A stretch of DNA of 63,761 bases, counting the filler, from Octopus bimaculoides (taxonomy: Eukaryota): the NCBI RefSeq assembly GCF_001194135.2. It is 5 parts of 4 records of this genome, joined end to end, with 100 filler letters (N's around TTAATTAATTAA, not from the genome) between each part and the next. Parts side by side here need not be neighbours in the genome. Positions count along the whole stretch, not along the records: positions 1 to 20,690 come from NC_068983.1; positions 20,791 to 43,860 come from NC_068993.1; 3 more parts are not named here. One strand, given 5' to 3'. Numbering within the stretch: position 1 is the stretch's first letter; each line of letters begins with the position of its first letter. The position numbers were made by a program, and so were the translations under genes. Below, in pieces: positions 11,374 to 23,702 of the stretch. The notes under the pieces were generated by a model. The model saw only the letters and a program-made list of their open reading frames with translations, made no database searches and had not been told where the DNA came from.

Positions 11374-12115
11374 NNNNNNNNNNNNNNNNNNNNNNNNNNN
11401 NNNNNNNNNNNNNNNNNNNNNNNNNNNNNNNNNNNNNNNNNNNNNNNNNNNNNNNNNNNNNNNNNNNNNNNNNNNNNNNNNNNNNNNNNNNNNNNNNNNN
11501 NNNNNNNNNNNNNNNNNNNNNNNNNNNNNNNNNNNNNNNNNNNNNNNNNNNNNNNNNNNNNNNNNNNNNNNNNNNNNNNNNNNNNNNNNNNNNNNNNNNN
11601 NNNNNNNNNNNNNNNNNNNNNNNNNNNNNNNNNNNNNNNNNNNNNNNNNNNNNNNNNNNNNNNNNNNNNNNNNNNNNNNNNNNNNNNNNNNNNNNNNNNN
11701 NNNNNNNNNNNNNNNNNNNNNNNNNNNNNNNNNNNNNNNNNNNNNNNNNNNNNNNNNNNNNNNNNNNNNNNNNNNNNNNNNNNNNNNNNNNNNNNNNNNN
11801 NNNNNNNNNNNNNNNNNNNNNNNNNNNNNNNNNNNNNNNNNNNNNNNNNNNNNNNNNNNNNNNNNNNNNNNNNNNNNNNNNNNNNNNNNNNNNTGTGTGC
11901 ATATATTTGTGTCTGTGTTTGTCCCCCCCACCATCGCTTGACAATTGAAATTGGCGTGTTTATGTCCCAGTAACTTAGCGGTTTGGCAAAATAGACCGAT
12001 AGAATAAGTACTAGGCTTACAAAGAATAAGTCCTGGGATCGAATTGTTCGATTACAAGCCGGTGCTCCAGCATGGCCGCAGTCAAAGGACTGAAACAAAT
12101 AAAAGAATAAAAGAA
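11198..12115 (+). mobile_element. SINE family B with expanded internal (TG)n and gap
   Basis: Head/CORE at 11198-11310, tail at 11895-12115; an inverted family B fragment abuts it at 11140-11197. Confidence 0.8.
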
Positions 12116-12786
12116 TCTGAGATCAAATTATATGCCTGTCAAACACAACTCCGGAAAATATTTACATGTTTTACTGCATATGATCACAAGTATCCATTAA
12201 TGGGGGATTGTCACTTCTGACAACAGGGCGGATAATAATAATTGTTACAACTGTGACACGCTCAAAGTGATAGGAATAGAATGAATGAGAAATAGCTACA
12301 ACTTCCTTGTTTTGTTGGCCAAGGGCTTACACTTCATTGAATTGATTGTTAATAAAATAATTAATAAATCGGTTAATTGAGAAATCATAATGAATTGGTG
12401 TGGAAAATATAAATAACAATTTATTCAGAATAGATGATTAATTGAAACTGTTTATGAATCTGCTTAGGAAATGCAAGAATAAAGTCGAAGGCAATCGTCA
12501 TTAAAAGATAATCTCGACTGGCCGAGTCGAATCAGCAAAATTAATTAACCGAAGGGTTAACTGTTCATACCTCGTCATTTGCAATGCTTTGTATTCAGAG
12601 CTAAGATTCTTGATTTTCGCCTGCTTAGTTCGTCTTGACGTAAAATAGACACAATACGAATGTGTCACATATAACTGGAAGCAACAACTATGGAATTTAA
12701 TTAAATTCAGCTGGCTTCATTAACCTGCAGACATGGTTGTTTAGGCTCCGGCAATGCTGTACAAAAGTAGGCGTGACTGAGTGGTC

Positions 12787-12880
12787 ACAGGCATAGCTGT
12801 GTGGTTAAGAAGTTCTCTTTGTAACTGCGTGTTTCCAGTTTCAATCCCATTGCACAGTACCTTTGGAGAGTATCTTTCTT
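12787..12880 (+). mobile_element. SINE family B head fragment
   Basis: ggcatagctgtgtggttaagaag...tcaatcccattgcacagtacctttgg. Confidence 0.6.
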
Positions 12881-12917
12881 TGAACATAGCTAAAACACAA
12901 GCTGATGCTGACCTGGT

Positions 12918-13109
12918 TTAATCCCTTTGGCATTCAGATTATTCTGCAAATACAAACTTTATTTATTCACATGGTTTTGGAAGATGTGATTGTTTCTTTT
13001 TAGACTGACATTGCAGGATAGGTGTAAAAGGTCGGATCTGGCCAGTCCCAATATAAAACAGGTAGACTATTCAGGTCTGATATCACTGGTTTAAATGCTA
13101 AAGGCTTAA
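12918..13109. mobile_element. piggyBac-like MITE (TTAA-bounded)
   Basis: Ends ttaa-tccctttggcatt and aatgctaaaggc-ttaa: imperfect TIRs with TTAA target sites. Confidence 0.65.
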
Positions 13110-13421
13110 CACCACCTCGTGGATCTTGCTATCATTTGGGCCAGACCCCCGATTTCAGGATGACTTCCGTTCTTTTCTCCTCCCTGATTCAGGGCTCTAA
13201 CATGGTTAACGAGTTCCATCTTTCTTTCTCTCACTAAACCAAATTTTATAGCATGGTAAGAGGAGGAAGTGATTGGGTCAAATTCGCCATGGGTACAGCT
13301 TGGCAAAGTATAACGTTGTGCATGTATTTATATATATATATATATATATATGCTTGTGCGTGTATAAATATGTGTAAGTATGTATATATTATATATAAGT
13401 GTGTGTGTGTATACATACATA

Positions 13422-13488
<67 letters not shown>

Positions 13489-14032
13489 TAAGTTATATAT
13501 GGCTTCGCCATAGAAATTAGTCTCTATCTGCTCTCATGAATTCATCACTCTTTCTTCCTTTCATACTGCCCTGTATTCCCCACAGGTCTTTCACTCATAA
13601 TCCACCTCATCCTCTACTAATATCCTTTATTAAGGATATTCCTTAATCCTTCCTCTCTAAAGATGGAATGGTTGGCTTTTACAAATCTTTGCTCAAAGAG
13701 ATATACACCATATGCGTCATATGCCTAGCTATTCTAAAAACTGTTGAAAGAAACTTTAAGCATAATTTCTTAATCCCTTATTTTCTACTCTAACAACTAT
13801 GCAGTTACGTTTGAATTACAAGTTACATGGTCTAAAGTGATACCAAATGCTTTACTTATTCTTTCTTTCTTTCTAATATATATCTACCGCTCAATGAGGA
13901 GCCACTTATAGCCGCTCATTGCTATGAACTATAACACTGTTTTTGTTTTAGTTGCAGTTCAAGTCGGAATTTTAGTGGTACACCAACCCGAGTACTAATC
14001 GTACATATCCATTACATTACACCATTAGACGC

Positions 14033-14120
<88 letters not shown>

Positions 14121-14595
14121 NNNNNNNNNNNNNNNNNNNNNNNNNNNNNNNNNNNNNNNNNNNNNNNNNNNNNNNNNNNNNNNNNNNNNNNNNNNNNNNN
14201 NNNNNNNNNNNNNNNNNNNNNNNNNNNNNNNNNNNNNNNNNNNNNNNNNNNNNNNNNNNNNNNNNNNNNNNNNNNNNNNNNNNNNNNNNNNNNNNNNNNN
14301 NNNNNNNNNNNNNNNNNNNNNNNNNNNNNNNNNNNNNNNNNNNNNNNNNNNNNNNNNNNNNNNNNNNNNNNNNNNNNNNNNNNNNNNNNNNNNNNNNNNN
14401 NNNNNNNNNNNNNNNNNNNNNNNNNNNNNNNNNNNNNNNNNNNNNNNNNNNNNNNNNNNNNNNNNNNNNNNNNNNNNNNNNNNNNNNNNNNNNNNNNNNN
14501 NNNNNNNNNNNNNNNNNNNNNNNNNNNNNNNNNNNNNNNNNNNNNNNNNNNNNNNNNNNNNNNNNNNNNNNNNNNNNNNNNNNNNNNNNNNNNNN

Positions 14596-14639
<44 letters not shown>

Positions 14640-16084
14640 TCCGTATACACAAACAGACACACACACGTACACACATACATATATACATACACACACTACA
14701 ATTAATGACACACACACTTACACACACATACACACCTGCTTATCTCTCAGTTTGGTGCTTCCTGTCCAACAGATGAATAGATTCGTTGATTTGTGTTGTT
14801 GCATTTTTAAAGAAGTCTGTCAAGAATTAATGTAATTCAAGATTTATTGTTTTCGTAATGTTCAATTTCTTTATGATATGCCGTAAATTCTGACTGTTTA
14901 ACTGCAGTGTACCTATACATACAGGTGGATGTCGGTATGTACATACCTGTACGTATATATGCATATACTCATTTACTATTTGATTTTACATGACCGAACG
15001 CAGCGTCACTAATCTGTAAGTAGTTTTCGTAACTTTATATTTTCCGACGCTATTCTATCTCTTTCTCTTTCTCTTCCTCCTCAATTTTTCCCCCCTCTCG
15101 TTCTTCCTCTGTTTACTACTACGTATCTCTCTTTACCCCTCTCGTTCTTCCTCTGTTACTACTACTATCTCCTTTCCCCCCCTCGTACTTCCTCTCTTCC
15201 TCTTTTCCTCTCGTTGCTCACCTATTCTTCTACTTCCTCCCTTTGTTTCTCCCTTTACCACTCTCTCTCTCTTCCCCTTACACCGGCATGGTCACATGCT
15301 TCCGGTCAATAATCCTTTTCTTCCTTGGCTATCACCGANNNNNNNNNNNNNNNNNNNNNNNNNNNNNNNNNNNNNNNNNNNNNNNNNNNNNNNNNNNNNN
15401 NNNNNNNNNNNNNNNNNNNNNNNNNNNNNNNNNNNNNNNNNNNNNNNNNNNNNNNNNNNNNNNNNNNNNNNNNNNNNNNNNNNNNNNNNNNNNNNNNNNN
15501 NNNNNNNNNNNNNNNNNNNNNNNNNNNNNNNNNNNNNNNNNNNNNNNNNNNNNNNNNNNNNNNNNNNNNNNNNNNNNNNNNNNNNNNNNNNNNNNNNNNN
15601 NNNNNNNNNNNNNNNNNNNNNNNNNNNNNNNNNNNNNNNNNNNNNNNNNNNNNNNNNNNNNNNNNNNNNNNNNNNNNNNNNNNNNNNNNNNNNNNNNNNN
15701 NNNNNNNNNNNNNNNNNNNNNNNNNNNNNNNNNNNNNNNNNNNNNNNNNNNNNNNNNNNNNNNNNNNNNNNNNNNNNNNNNNNNNNNNNNNNNNNNNNNN
15801 NNNNNNNNNNNNNNNNNNNNNNNNNNNNNNNNNNNNNNNNNNNNNNNNNNNNNNNNNNNNNNNNNNNNNNNNNNNNNNNNNNNNNNNNNNNNNNNNNNNN
15901 NNNNNNNNNNNNNNNNNNNNNNNNNNNNNNNNNNNNNNNNNNNNNNNNNNNNNNNNNNNNNNNNNNNNNNNNNNNNNNNNNNNNNNNNNNNNNNNNNNNN
16001 NNNNNNNNNNNNNNNNNNNNNNNNNNNNNNNNNNNNNNNNNNNNNNNNNNNNTATATATATATAAATGTATGTATGTATATATT

Positions 16085-16225
16085 GGCGCAGGTGTAGCTG
16101 TGTGATAGGAAGTTTGCTTTCAAGCCTCATGGCACCTTTAGCAAATGTCTTCTACTATAGCCTCGGGCCAACCAAAGCTTTGCGAGTGGATTTTAGTTGC
16201 CAGAAGCTGAAAGAAGCCCGTTCAG
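16085..16225 (+). mobile_element. SINE family B 5' part (internally deleted)
   Basis: ggcgcaggtgtagctgtgtg...ggcacctttagcaaatgtcttctactatagcctcgggcc...gaaagaagcccg. Confidence 0.8.
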
Positions 16226-16425
16226 TGAACTCAACACATCTTTTCCTTTTTGATTCTCTCTCTGTTTATTTTCTTTTATTCCTTTCTGTCGAAGTGTGTA
16301 GGCTCGAATCGTAAAATACTTTTCTATTTTTCCCGAGCGTTAAACTAATGCACTTGTTCCTACACCTGTCTTCGTCTTTGTTTTTCTATAAATTTAAACT
16401 ACACACACGCACGCACGCGCACTCT

Positions 16426-16475
<50 letters not shown>

Positions 16476-17082
16476 TAAGTGAGGCAGTTAGTAGAGTTTC
16501 AACAAAAAGGAAAACGATAAACTTCTTTAAATACGACTGCGCGTGTTAGAATACCTACACTGCTAGAAATAAGAGCTAAATAGCTCAGCGGGGGCTGTCC
16601 AGGAACTGGTTAACTGTGCCGACTCTTCTTACTATGCTTCGGTGTAAAGCTGAAACCTTATGGTAAAGAGATATCACATCTNNNNNNNNNNNNNNNNNNN
16701 NNNNNNNNNNNNNNNNNNNNNNNNNNNNNNNNNNNNNNNNNNNNNNNNNNNNNNNNNNNNNNNNNNNNNNNNNNNNNNNNNNNNNNNNNNNNNNNNNNNN
16801 NNNNNNNNNNNNNNNNNNNNNNNNNNNNNNNNNNNNNNNNNNNNNNNNNNNNNNNNNNNNNNNNNNNNNNNNNNNNNNNNNNNNNNNNNNNNNNNNNNNN
16901 NNNNNNNNNNNNNNNNNNNNNNNNNNNNNNNNNNNNNNNNNNNNNNNNNNNNNNNNNNNNNNNNNNNNNNNNNNNNNNNNNNNNNNNNNNNNNNNNNNNN
17001 NNNNNNNNNNNNNNNNNNNNNNNNNNNNNNNNNNNNNNNNNNNNNNNNNNNNNNNNNNNNNNNNNNNNNNNNNNNNNNNNNN

Positions 17083-17147
<65 letters not shown>

Positions 17148-17164
17148 TATATATATGTATGTTT

Positions 17165-17355
17165 GTGTGAGTCTTTGTATTTGTGTTTGTCCTCCATCAT
17201 CACTTCACAAACGGTGCTGGTGTGTTTAAGTCCCCGTTACTTAGCGCTTCGGCAAAAAAATACTTATAGAATATGTACCAGACTTAAAAGAAATATAATA
17301 AGCACTGGGATCCACTCGTTCGAGCGAAATCCTTCCAGGCGGTACCCCGGTATGG

Positions 17356-17356
<1 letters not shown>
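17165..17356 (+). mobile_element. SINE family B 3' tail
   Basis: ggtgctggtgtgtttaagtccccgttacttagcgcttcggcaaaa...ggcggtaccccggtatggc. Confidence 0.7.
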
Positions 17357-17409
<53 letters not shown>

Positions 17410-17788
17410 GTCTGTCTGTCTGTCTGTCTGTCTTCTGCCTGCCTGTCTGTCTGTCTGTCTGTCTGTGCTTGTATATGTGTGCGCAGGTGCATGTGTATAC
17501 GCCCCCGTGTGTGTGTGAGTGCGTGTGTGAGTGTGTGCGTATGTGTGCGAGTGTGTGTGTATTTGTGCGCGCGCGCATGCGCTTATAGTGTTAAGGAGAG
17601 GTATGTTGCTCTGTTTATGAATTTTTTTTCATCAGATGATGGAATATTCTCCATTAGCTTTAACCAGTGACAGATAAATCTTCTGTCAGTAGACGCAAAA
17701 CCTGCACCAGTCAGCTTTTGATAATACCTCAGCTTTGAATATTCACCGCCCAACCTCCGTATTCAACCGATATTTATTCATTTATTCA

Positions 17789-18538
17789 AAGGCGGCGAGC
17801 TGGCAGAATCGTTAGCACGCCGGGCGAAATGCTTAGTGGTATTTCGTCTGTCTTTATGTTCTAAGATCAAATTCTGCCGAGCTCGACTTTGCCTGTCATC
17901 CTTTCGGGGTCGAAAAATTAAGTACCAGTTGCGTACTGTGGTCGATCTAACCGACTGGACCCCTCCCACCAAAATTTTGAACCTTGTTCCTAGAGTAGAA
18001 AAGAATATTCTTTAAGGTGACTAGCTGGCAGAAACGTTAGCACACCAGGCGAAATGCTTAGCGGTATTTCGTCTGCCGCTTCGTTCTGAGTTCAAATTCC
18101 ACCGAAGTGACTTTGCCTTTCATCCTTTCGGAGTAGATAAATTAAGTATTATTTGCGTACTGGGATCGATCTAATCGACTGGTCCCCTCCCCCAAAATTT
18201 CGGGCCTTGTTTCTAAAGTAGAAAAGAATATTCAAGGTGGCGAGCTGGCAGAAAAGTTAGCACGCCGGGCGAAATGCTTAGTTGTCCTTGTTTGTTCCCT
18301 CTATGTTTAGCCCCTTGTGGGCAATAAAGAAATAAGAAACGTTAGCACGCCAGGCGAAATGCTGAGCGGTATTTCGTCTGTCTTTACGCTCTGAGTTCAA
18401 ATTCCACCGAGGTCGACTTTGCCTTTTCATCTTTTTGGGGGTCGATAAATTAAGTACCAGTTGCATATTGGGGTCGATCTAAGCAACTGGCCCTCCCCCA
18501 AAATTTCGGGCCTTATGCCTAGAGTAGAAAAGAATATT
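17789..18538 (+). mobile_element. SINE family A head-to-tail array (four units)
   Basis: Units at ~17789-18010, 18014-18232, 18234-18283 (head only) plus tail B 18283-18337, and 18337-18538. Confidence 0.9.
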
Positions 18539-19052
18539 TATTTATTTATCAATTTTTATATTTATCTGTGTTTTTGCTCTCTCTGTCCTATGACCAAAAA
18601 TCTTCCGACCGTAACTCTTCCATTATTTATATTTTCTCAAAGAATCTATATTTAATACTATATTATTTCGTATGACCTATTAGAAGAAGATAGTGTATGC
18701 TTTGAAGAAGAATTAGCAGTTATTTCCATACGGAACTGGCGGAATAGAACATTAATGATCAAATGAGCAAAAATTAATTTCTGCAGGAAGAAATTAGCAT
18801 TCTCTTCCTACTTAGATGAAGCTTTTAGGCTTATCCGCTTCCATATATGGCTTCTTTGGCCAGACGAGCTTCTTTAAGATATTTATTGATTATACAGTGT
18901 CTAGTGTCTATACTTCTTAGAAAGTCGATTGCAGAACTACTATGAGACAAGTCGGGCCTTTAAAATCACAGGTGCAATCCATATTATAGGCTTCCAAAGA
19001 GTTTCCACTTACCCAGTACCCAAGATTATGGTAAAAGACGCTTACTCAAAGC

Positions 19053-19385
19053 CAGGGATCACCAAACTATGGCTCATGGGTCGGATCTGGCCCACGAGGT
19101 CAGTTCATCCGGCCCGCCACCGCACTGCACCTTTTGTGTAAGTACCTGCAATGAGATCTCATTTGCCTCTAGTATGGCGTCAGTGTTTGGCACAACTTAT
19201 GTCTGTGAGAAAACATTTTCAATAATGAAGAATGTGAAGTCAGCACATCGAAAGAGGTTGACTGATGAACAGTTGAAAGCAATTCTCTTGGTTGGATGCA
19301 GCAATTCCAAAGCAAATATTGATATCTTCAAAGCTAAACACCAGTTTCACACATCTCACAAACCTTTTTTGCTGCTTAGTTTGTG
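19053..19385 (+). mobile_element. hAT (Charlie/GTF2IRD2-like) deletion derivative
   Basis: Starts CAGGGATCACCAAACTATGGCTC (Charlie-type TIR) joined to SMASVFGTTYVCEKTFSIMKNVKSAHRKRLTDEQL, the hAT C-terminal dimerisation domain. The right TIR was not found. Confidence 0.85.
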
Positions 19386-19522
19386 AGATTCGGATATGTG
19401 CACACTGGGTGTGATAAAACTATCTTGTTGCTAACGTCGCCTTCTTAGAAAATAAATTCTTTTATTCTTTTATTTGTATCAAGCTCTTATACATGGATTT
19501 GACATAAACATTCAATTTACAC

Positions 19523-19680
19523 ACCGATATCGGTGTGTTTACGTCCTTGTAACTTACCGGTTTTGCAAAAAGGACCGATAGAATAAGTACTGGGATTTCA
19601 AAGAATAAGTTCTAGGACCGATTTCTTCGGTTAAAAGGCGGTGTTCCAGCATGACCGCAGTCAAATGACTGTAAAAAGGA
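19523..19680 (+). mobile_element. SINE family B 3' tail
   Basis: ggtgtgtttacgtccttgtaacttaccgg...ggcggtgttccagcatgaccgcagtcaaatgactg. Confidence 0.8.
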
Positions 19681-19726
19681 TTATTATTAACATCAAAAAC
19701 AGTGATAATTATTGCTACTATACGTA

Positions 19727-19912
19727 CAAAGCCTGAAATTTTAGGGAAGGGGATTAGTCGATTACATCGACCTTACTGCTTGACTGATACTTATTTTATC
19801 GACCCTGAAAGAATGAAAGGCATTGTCAACAACGTCGGAATTCGAACTCAGAACGTAAGGAATGTCAACTACGCATCCCATCCAGCGTGCTAAGGATTCT
19901 GCCAATTTGTCG
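19727..19912 (-). mobile_element. SINE family A
   Basis: gatacttattttatcgaccctgaaagaatgaaaggc...ttcgaactcagaacgtaa...gctaaggattctgcca. Confidence 0.8.
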
Positions 19913-20474
19913 TGCAATTACAGCATTTTGATAATATCTATGCAAAGAAAAACAATTTTAGATTGCACATGACTCTTGTGTATAAAGGTAAATTTCCCTA
20001 TGCAAGAATATTAAAGAAAAATTATCTCAAGAATCCTCTTGGGAACTGTAAAAGTTAATATTGGCGACGGTGCATCGAAGATAGATTTCTGGTTTTCGAT
20101 TTCAGAAGTAAAAATATTGTTTTACAGCGAAAAACTACGAAGCATTGAATAGAAATGATAAAACATATATATCTTTGTATTGTATTAACTGGAACTGAAG
20201 TCCCAAATCGATTTGAAGATTGATTTACATTCTATGGAAGATGTTTTATAAGTTGCCAAATATATTGGCATCTTCTTTTAAGATTTTTTGTCCTCAAGAT
20301 TTTAAAGTTTGCTTTGATACTATCGCGTCTGGGATTTGAAGGTTAACATGACGCTTGGTATCCAATATCTAAATGTTGTATAAAGCTGAGACGAGGTGAC
20401 GGCTACATAGGGATACTTATTTCGATCCGTTCAGTGTTGCTTGTAAAGACAGTTTACTCTTTAGAAAGAGTCGT

Positions 20475-20690
20475 GGATGCGCAATGGCCCAGTGGCTAGG
20501 GTAGTGGACTGGCGGTCGTAGGATCGTGGTTTCGATTCCCAGACCGGGCGTTGTGTGTGTTTATTGAGCGAAATCACCTGAACCTCCACGAGGCTCCGGC
20601 AGGGGATGGTGGCGAACCCTGCTGTACTCTTTCACCACAACTTTCTCTCACTCTTTCTTCCTGTTTCTGTTGTACCTGTATTTAAAAGGG
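20475..20690 (+). mobile_element. SINE family C (tRNA-derived head, distinct body)
   Basis: A-box TGGCCCAGTGG and B-box GTTTCGATTCC, followed by a non-tRNA body that runs to a scaffold join. Confidence 0.75.
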
Positions 20691-20790
20691 NNNNNNNNNN
20701 NNNNNNNNNNNNNNNNNNNNNNNNNNNNNNNNNNTTAATTAATTAANNNNNNNNNNNNNNNNNNNNNNNNNNNNNNNNNNNNNNNNNNNN
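20691..20790. other. Artificial scaffold-join spacer N44-TTAATTAATTAA-N44
   Basis: Exactly 100 bp; identical spacers at 43861, 59434 and 62480. Confidence 0.95.
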
Positions 20791-20914
20791 TGTATTTTTT
20801 TTTTTTTGGTCCAAAGGAAGGAACATTTCAGCGCATCCTCAAACATGCATATATATGCATGTTTGAGGATGCGCTGAAATGTTCCTTCCTTTGGACCAAA
20901 AAAAAAAAAATACA
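20791..20914. repeat. Perfect 124-bp palindrome starting at a contig edge
   Basis: Zero-mismatch arms including matching 13-nt T/A runs; centre at 20852/20853. Confidence 0.9.
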
Positions 20915-20989
20915 GAGGCTTTAGTTAATGATTTTCATCAAGATATTTGCCACTCAGATTCACTCCCGTATTGCAGCTATCTTTCTCTT

Positions 20990-21210
20990 ATACATACATA
21001 CATGGTGGTTATCTACTCCTTACACAGAGTTTGACCACCTCCTGCACCTACACCTTAGCCCTTTCATGGCGTCTGATGTGGCTTTTTAAACCAGACAGTG
21101 TTTTGAAAAAACACCCACACAGATTGCACCTCTGATTTGTACTACCAATACCTGCAGGTAAGTTCTGCTCATTGTGGATCCTAACATGTCTTTTAAGACC
21201 CGCATTGGAT
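20990..21210 (-). mobile_element. RTE-like LINE 3' end with C2H2-type motifs and (ATGT)n tail
   Basis: SNAGLKRHVRIH...CNLCGCFFKTLSGLKSHIRRHERAKV*, then a short UTR ending gataaccacc(atgt)n. Confidence 0.6.
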
Positions 21211-21419
21211 ACATACATACATACATACATACATAGACATATGATCTGCCTTTTATTATCATTAATAAGAAACCTTTAATTAAAAGTATATAAGATGCGT
21301 GGCTTTGAAATTTGGGATTGTACAATGGATGAACGAAAAATACAGGATTTGCCTCCCTTCAATTACCGATCGTACGTAGAAATTAACCCCACTTCTACCG
21401 GCCAGACATGGTTTCTCAT

Positions 21420-21570
21420 TTGGGTACAAGGCCATCATTCCGGGAGAGAAGATGTAGTCCGTCCATTAGCTGACACGTAATTTACTCTGTCGATCTCGAA
21501 AGTCTGAAAGTCAATGCTTGCATGCTTGGGATTTGAACTTAGAATATAGAGAGCTGGTACAAGATAACTC
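21420..21570 (-). mobile_element. SINE family A, highly diverged
   Basis: tttactctgtcgatctcgaaagtctgaaagtcaa...gggatttgaacttagaata. Confidence 0.45.
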
Positions 21571-22030
21571 AAGTTTTTTCTCTTTCCCCTGACGCTTCTC
21601 AATTATTGATTTTCATAGCAATGTGCGAGCCCCAACAAAATTAAATTTGTTGCTGTCTTTGTTATTGTTTTTATTTAGCCGCAAGTTGGATTAGATCCTA
21701 GAATCGTTTGTTCATAGGCATTACACACATTTTACCACACCAGTGCATCATGGACTACATCATCTAACGTTATCAAGGTCGTAGTTTTTCTGTAAGCCAA
21801 TAATGAAAACGCATAATTTGCTCAATCTATTCTGTACATATTAATCTATTTAGTACCAAGAAGTTTATACTACCAGAAAATTTATGCTGCTAGAAAATCA
21901 ACCCCTAATAACACATTTCTGAACCGAAAAGAAATACAGGTTACTTATTCAAGGGAATTAACTCTTATACTGTTAGTCACAGTTATCTACCTTAATTGTG
22001 AACCATTAGCTTCCAAATAGTTTTTAATTA

Positions 22031-22128
22031 TGTTCGCACGCCGGGCAAAATGTTTAGCGGCATTTCGTCCGTCGCTACACTTTGAATTCAAATTTCGCCG
22101 GGGCTTACTTTGGCTTCATCTTTTCTGA
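22031..22128 (+). mobile_element. SINE family A fragment
   Basis: gcacgccgggcaaaatgtttagcggcatttcgtcc...ttcaaatttcgccg. Confidence 0.75.
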
Positions 22129-22402
22129 TTGTTTAACAATGCCACAAATCTGAAGGAATATTGAAATGAATTCATTAATTTTCGGTACTTATCTCGTAAT
22201 TATTTTACCATTCCATCCTCAAGGTAAAAAGTATAACCAGACAGGATTTCTTCAATTTAGAATTTGTCTTTTTGTTATCGAGTTACCCGATGAACTGCGA
22301 CATTGGCATTTACTTCCCTTCTTGTCTCCCATATAATGTAAGTGATACGGATAATGCATAACTACTCAGGACTGATGCCTATAATTAAAAGAATATATAT
22401 AT

Positions 22403-22564
22403 AGTGTAGTATATTGCCACTTAAGTGTGGCTGACCCCTAGGGGTGGGTGTTACTGTTGCTTTTAGCCCCAGGAGGACATCTCCTGATGTCCTCCTGGGG
22501 CTAAAAGCAACAGTAACACCCACCCCTGGGGGTCAGCCACACTTAAGTGGCAATATACTACACT
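22403..22564. mobile_element. Foldback palindrome / candidate MITE
   Basis: 78-bp arms with one mismatch around a 6-nt loop (ctcctg, 22481-22486). Confidence 0.8.
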
Positions 22565-23179
22565 TTATCGTGCAGTTACTGTTAATACTTCATTTAGAGA
22601 ATATATATATATATATATATAAAAGAACAGAGAAAACGACCCAACTAAATTTTTACTTTTAGTTAGTTGTAAAAGGCTGTGGTTCGTGATATGAAGAACT
22701 GTATAAAGTATATTGAATGGATTTTGCAGGGTTGTGATCTGAAGTGGAAATGACCAGTGGTGAAAATACAACTAGGCTGGGGGTTGTCATTTTCATCGAA
22801 CCGGACAGTCTTGACTTAGCTGACTTATGATTAAAGATCTTCCAGCATTCATATTCTTGTTCTCCGATATAGAGAACCTCAAACCCCCGCCCACGCCTAC
22901 CTCCTCCAGTAGCCCATGTGCCTTCCACAACAGTGAGTGTTTATGAAAAAGATTTAGTTGGCTACTATGTCAGACAGATCGAACAACAGCGTAAGCACTT
23001 GCTTGAAGAAGTAGTCAGACAACTTTCCAGTTCAATGACCTTCCATTCCGCTGCATAAAATAATAGCAATTTCAAATTCAGGTGCAAACTCATCAGTTGT
23101 ATGTGCGCGTGTGTGTCTTTGAGAGAGAGAGAGAGAGAGAGAGAGACTATCGACGAAATCCACACCTGTTCTTAATTGT

Positions 23180-23316
23180 TACTTTACTTTATCGAACTCA
23201 GAAGGATGAAAGGTAATGTTGCTTTGTTGGAATCTGAACCCTGAGTGCGAAGAGCTAAATCTAAATATCGTCTGACATTTTATCCGGCACTCTACCGATT
23301 CTGCCAATACCGCATC
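23180..23316 (-). mobile_element. SINE family A, diverged
   Basis: actttatcgaactcagaaggatgaaagg...taccgattctgccaatacc. Confidence 0.65.
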
Positions 23317-23394
23317 CTCTACCCGGATTGACAAAAGTTTCTGATTTAGAAACAAGGCCAGGGTTTGTTTTTTTTTCATATATTTATTTATTTT

Positions 23395-23540
23395 TTTATA
23401 TTTTACGTGTTTCAGTCATGCTGCGGCCATGCTGGACTACGGTCTTGAAGAATTTTTAGTCGAATGAATCGACTCCTGCTCAGGTGCTTATTCTCTCGGC
23501 GACTATTTGCCGAACCGCTAATCTGCGGGGACGTGAACAG
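23395..23540 (-). mobile_element. SINE family B 3' tail
   Basis: gtttcagtcatgctgcggccatgctgg...gccgaaccgctaatctgcggggacgtgaac. Confidence 0.75.
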
Positions 23541-23671
23541 AGTCAGAGAGTGCCGGTGTGTGCTTAACTGTTAAGACTACCTTATCACTTGAGCAGAAAC
23601 TTGCACAGCTGTCTCTTGGAACATCCTCGACGTGGCAGCTGCATACATACGTACATACATACATACATACA

Positions 23672-23702
<31 letters not shown>

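Noticed and set aside
12710-12766. AG...GT-bounded 56-bp exon-like segment (GFINLQTWLFRLRQCCTK)
   Set aside because: No homology I recognise, and such bounds are common by chance.
16280-16320. ctgtcgaag...gctcgaatcgta, hammerhead-like layout
   Set aside because: Core, stem II and GAAA are all mismatched in this copy.
20475-20550. tRNA gene
   Set aside because: A and B boxes are present, but there is no acceptor-stem closure and it continues into a SINE body.
21048-21230. Host C2H2 zinc-finger gene
   Set aside because: The N-terminus is microsatellite, there is no TGEKP linker, and it ends in a LINE-like UTR and tail; kept only as an alternative.
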